NCBI GenBank assembly: GCA_049973735.1
Contig: JBMFJL010000005.1
Coordinates: forward strand, 1-20,063
Reading direction: 5' to 3'
Length of the DNA: 20,063 nucleotides
Source of the DNA: Nanopusillaceae archaeon
GTDB taxonomy: Archaea > Nanobdellota > Nanobdellia > Nanobdellales > Nanobdellaceae
Shown piece after piece: positions 16,116-20,063 of this stretch. Below the pieces are notes generated by a model. That model did no database searches. It was not told the DNA's origin and worked only from the letters and a program-made list of their open reading frames with translations. Position 1 is the first letter of the stretch; every line of letters starts with the position of its first letter. The position numbers and the translations under genes were made by a program.

Positions 16116-17855
16116 ATGATAGGAAAAAAAGATATCGAATATATAGGAATATTCGTATCTTCTATATTTTTCTCAACAATACCTTTTCTTATATTATTTA
16201 TTGAAGATTATGGAATAATACCGATAGATAGCTTTTTAATATTTTACACAATCTCTTCATCAGCATTCATATTGCTTTCATATCTACTTAGAGATTCTAT
16301 AACAAGGGATCCAAACAAATTGGGAATTTTACATTATATTTTAAAATTATCTAAATATGCTTTTGCTGCCGCATATATACTATATTATTTGTCAACCTTG
16401 ATATTCTTCTCCAGTTTATTAATCCTATTTGATAACTTTCTAGCCAAATATATTTCAATAAAGTATATAATACCTATTTTAATGATTTTAATATTTGCAT
16501 TCATGAATTATAGAAATTACGATATTGAAAGTTCTTATATTAAAATAACTAGTACTATTTCCATTCTTATTTTCTTGGTATTGGTATTATTTTCATTTTT
16601 AAATTCAAGCACTATATCGAATGCCTCTTTAGATTATTTATCATATTCAATAATATTTAGCTCTTCGATATTTGCCGGTATAGACTTACTAACTTTTTAC
16701 TCAAATTATTACAATAATAGAAAAACTGGGAATGCAACATTAATCGGTACTTTAATAATATTTCTCTTATCAATCATTTTCTACATTTTTATTTCAAGAA
16801 TATACAATATAGAAAGTTTGATGAGCATATTAAATATTGTCTTCTTTTTCATTGGAATCTTGAACATGTATGTTTGGTTTTATACAATGAATAATATATT
16901 ATCATATGCTGCTGAAGTTAATATATTTCCAGCAATATTTAAAGAAAAAAGTAAATATGACAGTCCAAAAAATACAATAATATTGTCTACGATATTAATA
17001 ATTTTATTTACCTCAATAAGAAATATTTTAGATTTTCTATTATTCTTTAGTTCCACCGTTTTTTACATTTATATACTTTATATAATTTCTTATATAAAAA
17101 TAAAACTATCTTCAAAATATTTTAACAAATTTAGATTGCTTAAACTCTTTATTTCTGTATATTTACTTGCTTTTTTTATTTATCTATATTTATATAATCT
17201 TACTGCAAATTATTATTCGATTTTTATTTCTCTAATGATATTTTTTACACTATTTTTTATTTCTATAAAAACTATATGGAAGAAGAGCCCAAAAACGATC
17301 AAATTTTATTTTTCAAAATTATATCCTATTCCATATATAGTCAGAAAATTCACCTATAAAAATGATCTAAATATATTTGAATCTTTTATAAATGATAATG
17401 CGATAATATTAGATTTTGGTCCATTTAGCGGAGATATATCAATTAATCTTGCAAAAAAACACAATATAAAAGTTTATGCTTTAGAGATTTCTAAAAAAAT
17501 TGTAGATAAGATAAAGAAAAAGACAAAAAATATGGATAACTATTATGTCATTATCGGAGAAAAAGATGAAATACCTAGAAATTTCTCAAATTTTTTCGAT
17601 CTGATAATTTCATATGAAACTATTAAGTTTATAATAGATAAGAAAAAATTTGCTAAAAGTATTCATAGAGCATTAAAAAAGGATGGGTTGTTTGTTTCAA
17701 TTGTATACGCAGATTTTTTAGAATATAAAAATATTGAAGAAGAAATTAAAGAGATTATTGAAGAATTAAGATTATATAAATTAATTGTAAAAAAGATAAA
17801 AATAGACAAAGGACTCTACAGGAAATATATAATAATAGCTAAGAAATCTGCATAA
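16116..17855 (+). CDS. APC-superfamily-like polytopic permease domain fused to a C-terminal class I SAM-methyltransferase-like domain
   Basis: 579-aa ORF.

Residues ~1-385 contain about 12 hydrophobic helices. Two stretches resemble amino-acid/polyamine (APC) transporters: FAGIDLLTFYSNYYNNRKTGNATLIGTL and ILSYAAEVNIFPAIFKEKSKYDSPKNTIILSTIL.

Residues ~400-579 are soluble. They show MTase motif I (IILDFGPFSGDIS), an acidic post-I residue (VYALEIS), motif II (FDLIISYETIKFI) and motif III (IHRALKKDGLFV). Confidence 0.72.
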   Translation: MIGKKDIEYIGIFVSSIFFSTIPFLILFIEDYGIIPIDSFLIFYTISSSAFILLSYLLRDSITRDPNKLGILHYILKLSKYAFAAAYILYYLSTLIFFSSLLILFDNFLAKYISIKYIIPILMILIFAFMNYRNYDIESSYIKITSTISILIFLVLVLFSFLNSSTISNASLDYLSYSIIFSSSIFAGIDLLTFYSNYYNNRKTGNATLIGTLIIFLLSIIFYIFISRIYNIESLMSILNIVFFFIGILNMYVWFYTMNNILSYAAEVNIFPAIFKEKSKYDSPKNTIILSTILIILFTSIRNILDFLLFFSSTVFYIYILYIISYIKIKLSSKYFNKFRLLKLFISVYLLAFFIYLYLYNLTANYYSIFISLMIFFTLFFISIKTIWKKSPKTIKFYFSKLYPIPYIVRKFTYKNDLNIFESFINDNAIILDFGPFSGDISINLAKKHNIKVYALEISKKIVDKIKKKTKNMDNYYVIIGEKDEIPRNFSNFFDLIISYETIKFIIDKKKFAKSIHRALKKDGLFVSIVYADFLEYKNIEEEIKEIIEELRLYKLIVKKIKIDKGLYRKYIIIAKKSA

Positions 17856-17894
17856 GTTTTTTCATCATAGATCAGTGCCCCGAATTTTCTTCAT
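17847..17894 (-). ncRNA. candidate C/D-box sRNA (non-canonical terminal boxes)
   Basis: The minus strand reads ATGAAGA (C-like) - AAATTCGGGGCA (12 nt) - CTGA (D') - TCT - ATGATGA (C') - AAAAACTTATG (11 nt) - CAGA (D-like). The internal D'/C' pair is perfect. The element contains the only GC-rich island in this gap. There is no terminal stem, and the 3' end overlaps the permease-MTase stop codon region in antisense. Confidence 0.3.
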
Positions 17895-17906
17895 ATAAAT
17901 TTTATA

Positions 17907-18935
17907 ATGAAAAATATTTTTATGATAAATTACTTTGAACTAAAAAAATGGTATATAGAATATAAGGAAAAAATAAACGATTCGATAATTAAAAATATAT
18001 TCAATGAAGGTGAGGGAATTATTTTTGAAATATATAAAAAAGGATTAGAATATAAATATCTATACATAATTCCTGGTAAAATAATATTTTTACACAATCT
18101 AAAAGAGAAACAAGAGAACAATAAATTTATATTAAAATTGAGAAAAGATTTTATAAATAAAAAAATAAATATTGAATTGGACGAAAATGATAAAATAATT
18201 ATTATCAATTTTGGTGATAAAAGAATTTATTTTGAATTATTTCCTAATGGATTAGTAGTAATTACAGATAAGGACAATAAAATATTGTATGCAAATAAAT
18301 ACAAAAATTTTGGAGTAAGAAAAATATTTAAAGGAGAAATATATATGAAACCTCCTAACAAACTTTTTATTACTGAAAGTTTTGATGAATTTTTAAAGAA
18401 AATAAAAGAATCCAATAAAAAGGATATTGTAAGGACCTTAGCTATTGATTTTTCTCTAGGAGGAAAATATGCTGAATATATATTAGAAAAGACAAATATA
18501 AACAAAGAGAAAAACCCAAAAGAACTTAATGAGAATGAGATTAAAGAAATCTTTGAACTATATAAAAAAGTTGTAAAATTGGAAATGATTATTGATGATC
18601 GAAAAAATCCTGTGGAGGATATTAACAAATATTTTATAGAGCTATATTTTAATAAAAGAGAAAATGAAAAAATTATGAAACTTAATGAAGAAAAACAAAA
18701 AATATTAAATATAATTAATGAACAAAAAAAGTATCTGGAGGAAATAGATAAAGAGATAAAACATCTAGAGAAGATTGCTGAATTTTTGACCATATATTCT
18801 TGGGTTTTTGAGAACTATGAACCAAATGAATTAAGAAAAAAATTTATGGAACTAAATATAGATATAAATATTTCAAAGAATAACAAATATTTAATTTTAA
18901 ATATAAATGATAATGAAAATGTTAACAAATCTTAA
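17907..18935 (+). CDS. NFACT-family protein (Rqc2/RqcH/FbpA-like), N-terminal half only
   Basis: 342-aa ORF.
- NFACT-N-like N-terminus: FELKKWYIEYKEKINDSIIKNIF...LYIIPGKIIFLHN...FILKLRKDFINKKI...IYFELFPNGLVVITDKDNKILYA...RKIFKGEIYMKPP.
- HhH-like segment: IVRTLAIDFSLGGKYAEYILEKTNI.
- One long coiled-coil helix: EKIMKLNEEKQKILNIINEQKKYLEEIDKEIKHLEKIAEFL.
- No NFACT-R/DUF814-like part follows.

The real start may be Met6 (17922). Confidence 0.72.
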   Translation: MKNIFMINYFELKKWYIEYKEKINDSIIKNIFNEGEGIIFEIYKKGLEYKYLYIIPGKIIFLHNLKEKQENNKFILKLRKDFINKKINIELDENDKIIIINFGDKRIYFELFPNGLVVITDKDNKILYANKYKNFGVRKIFKGEIYMKPPNKLFITESFDEFLKKIKESNKKDIVRTLAIDFSLGGKYAEYILEKTNINKEKNPKELNENEIKEIFELYKKVVKLEMIIDDRKNPVEDINKYFIELYFNKRENEKIMKLNEEKQKILNIINEQKKYLEEIDKEIKHLEKIAEFLTIYSWVFENYEPNELRKKFMELNIDINISKNNKYLILNINDNENVNKS

Positions 18936-18990
18936 TTTTTTGCTTTTATCAAAAACAAAAATGATTTGTTTTTAAAATAACTAGTTCCCC

Positions 18991-19002
18991 AAAATATATA
19001 AG
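18991..19002 (+). promoter_or_regulatory. TATA-like element upstream of the small zinc-ribbon ORF
   Basis: AAAATATATAAG is centred ~27 nt upstream of the ATG at 19024. Confidence 0.35.
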
Positions 19003-19023
19003 TTTTTTTGTTATATATCCCTT

Positions 19024-19182
19024 ATGGCACAACAATATACTGCATATTGTGTAAGATGTAAAAAGAAAGTACCAGTACAAAATCCTAAGGTAGTAACATT
19101 AAAGAATGGAAGAAAGGCTGTAGAAGGAACCTGCCCATATTGTGGCGGAAAAGTCTATGTATTTATAAAATCTACAGAATAG
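19024..19182 (+). CDS. small zinc-ribbon protein (DUF5679-like), 52 aa
   Basis: Not in the supplied ORF track (too short); translated by hand as MAQQYTAYCVRCKKKVPVQNPKVVTLKNGRKAVEGTCPYCGGKVYVFIKSTE. It has two CxxC pairs (CVRC, CPYC). The YCV.CK.K......V.LKNGR.A..G.CP.CG.K pattern matches a widespread small archaeal/bacterial zinc-ribbon family I recall as DUF5679. It has its own TATA-like box. Its stop codon lies 1 nt from the ABCE1 stop on the other strand. Confidence 0.6.
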   Translation: MAQQYTAYCVRCKKKVPVQNPKVVTLKNGRKAVEGTCPYCGGKVYVFIKSTE

Positions 19183-19183
19183 G

Positions 19184-20063
19184 CTATTCAAAATATATAC
19201 CTCTTTCTTTTTGTACAAGGTCCAACCTACTTCCTCTTTTATTTATTCTTGGTCTTTTCGTCTCCGGATCAATTCTCATGGTAATACCTAAATTTTTCAA
19301 AAATAAATTCAATGCTTCTTTATTATCCATTGGACCAACAGATTTTCCATATTTACCAGGTTCTCCTAAAAATACTAATAATCTATCTGAAACCCAATTT
19401 ATGAAAGAAATATCATGATCAATAATTATTCCAGCTTTCCCTTTACTTTTTATTATTTCTCTTATAAATTTTGATAATATTAATCTCTGCTCTATATCTA
19501 AATTTGCAAATGGCTCATCTAATAAATATAAATCTGCTTCTTTTACTAAAACTGCAAATGTATATACGGTTTGACTTTCACCTCCTGACAAAGTATTTAA
19601 TTCTCTATCTAATAGATCTTGTATATTTAATTCTGTCAGGTATTCTCTATATTCGCTCTTATATTTTTCATTAAATTTTGATATAAAATTGTCTACAGTA
19701 ATACTATATTCTGAAAAATCAAAATATTGTGGTTTATAAGATATAATTACATTTTTAGATATCTCCCCTTCGTATTTTATTTCTCCAGCTAGAGCTTTCA
19801 TAAAGGTTGTTTTACCAATACCATTTCTACCAATTATACCAACTATCTCTTTTTCCCTAATATTACCAGATTCTGATTCTAGAACAAAAGATCCCAGATT
19901 TATTTTCAGATTTTTCCATTCTACCAATGGTTTTCCAATAACTATTTCAGAATAACTTTTAACATCCAATCTTATTGGTTTTTCCCTAATTTTTAGATTT
20001 TCTCTCTTTATAAAACCTTCTAAATATTGGTTTATACCTTCCTTTGTCCCTATTGGATAGGAG
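19184..20063 (-). CDS. ABCE1 / RNase L inhibitor-type ribosome-recycling ABC ATPase, 3' part (5' end outside the window)
   Basis: Second nucleotide-binding domain: Walker A GIIGRNGIGKTT, signature LSGGESQ, Walker B LYLLDEP, and the ABCE1-specific C-terminus ITMRIDPETKRPRINKRGSRLDLVQKERGIYFE. The track start at 19969 is a TTG. By hand, the frame stays open upstream to the window edge (...SYPIGTKEGINQYLEGFIKRENLKIREKPIR-LDVK...), which matches the inter-NBD hinge region. Confidence 0.9.
   Translation of the reverse strand, partial: SYPIGTKEGINQYLEGFIKRENLKIREKPIRLDVKSYSEIVIGKPLVEWKNLKINLGSFVLESESGNIREKEIVGIIGRNGIGKTTFMKALAGEIKYEGEISKNVIISYKPQYFDFSEYSITVDNFISKFNEKYKSEYREYLTELNIQDLLDRELNTLSGGESQTVYTFAVLVKEADLYLLDEPFANLDIEQRLILSKFIREIIKSKGKAGIIIDHDISFINWVSDRLLVFLGEPGKYGKSVGPMDNKEALNLFLKNLGITMRIDPETKRPRINKRGSRLDLVQKERGIYFE

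Noticed and set aside
18951-18973. Perfect 8-bp hairpin AAAAACAA-(7 nt)-TTGTTTTT downstream of the NFACT gene, considered as a structured regulatory RNA.
   Set aside because: The stem is composed of A/T with a single C-G pair, so it is thermodynamically weak. It is most simply part of the T-rich termination region after the stop at 18933-18935.
19184-19969. Track start (19969) taken as the true start of a 261-aa ABC ATPase.
   Set aside because: The codon at 19967-19969 is TTG. The frame remains open to the window edge, with sequence matching the ABCE1 region preceding NBD2. The gene is therefore a partial ABCE1, not a stand-alone single-NBD protein.
1-20063. Scan for CRISPR repeats, transposase or integrase genes, terminal inverted repeats, toxin-antitoxin pairs or known defence genes.
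   Set aside because: No regularly spaced direct repeats, no recombinase or transposase motifs, and no defence-type domains were seen. Every sizeable ORF is accounted for by housekeeping functions or the few unknowns listed above.

Overview
This is a very AT-rich, extremely gene-dense archaeal chromosomal segment. Almost all of it is informational or housekeeping content. I saw no CRISPR array, mobile element, rRNA or recognisable defence locus.

Gene content, left to right:
- A minus-strand chain of five genes with 1-4 nt overlaps: mcm, an OB-fold/winged-helix protein, aIF2-beta, a DUF424-like protein and an NMD3-like zinc-ribbon protein.
- A strongly GC-rich, intron-containing tRNA-Ile with anticodon UAU.
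- A small secreted protein rich in N-glycosylation sequons, then EF-1alpha, a membrane-anchored DsbA-like CPYC oxidoreductase and a tiny membrane ORF.
- A plus-strand run of IleRS, TBP, proteasome beta subunit, aCPSF1 (KH + beta-CASP RNase) and thymidylate kinase.
- A cysteine-free type IA (Topo III-like) topoisomerase.
- An APC-type permease fused to a SAM-methyltransferase-like domain.
- An N-terminal-half-only NFACT/Rqc2 homolog.
- A 52-aa zinc-ribbon ORF that is absent from the ORF track.
- The 3' part of ABCE1, which runs off the window end.

The style suggests a reduced, thermophilic, Nanoarchaeota-like genome. The supporting traits are roughly three-quarters A+T by eye, GC-rich tRNA stems, overlapping genes, TATA boxes about 25-30 nt upstream of start codons, tRNA-Ile(UAU), and truncated or possibly split genes. 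This is inference only.

No clear-cut novel multi-gene system is visible. The most interesting candidates are:
1. The mcm-coupled OB+wH protein, whose C-terminus mirrors the MCM C-terminus.
2. The permease-methyltransferase fusion.
3. The half-size NFACT protein next to a zinc ribbon and ABCE1.
4. An antisense C/D-box-like sRNA candidate built around the only GC-rich island in an intergenic gap.
5. The tRNA-Ile(UAU) with a relaxed bulge-helix-bulge intron.

All family assignments come from motif recognition by eye, not from searches.
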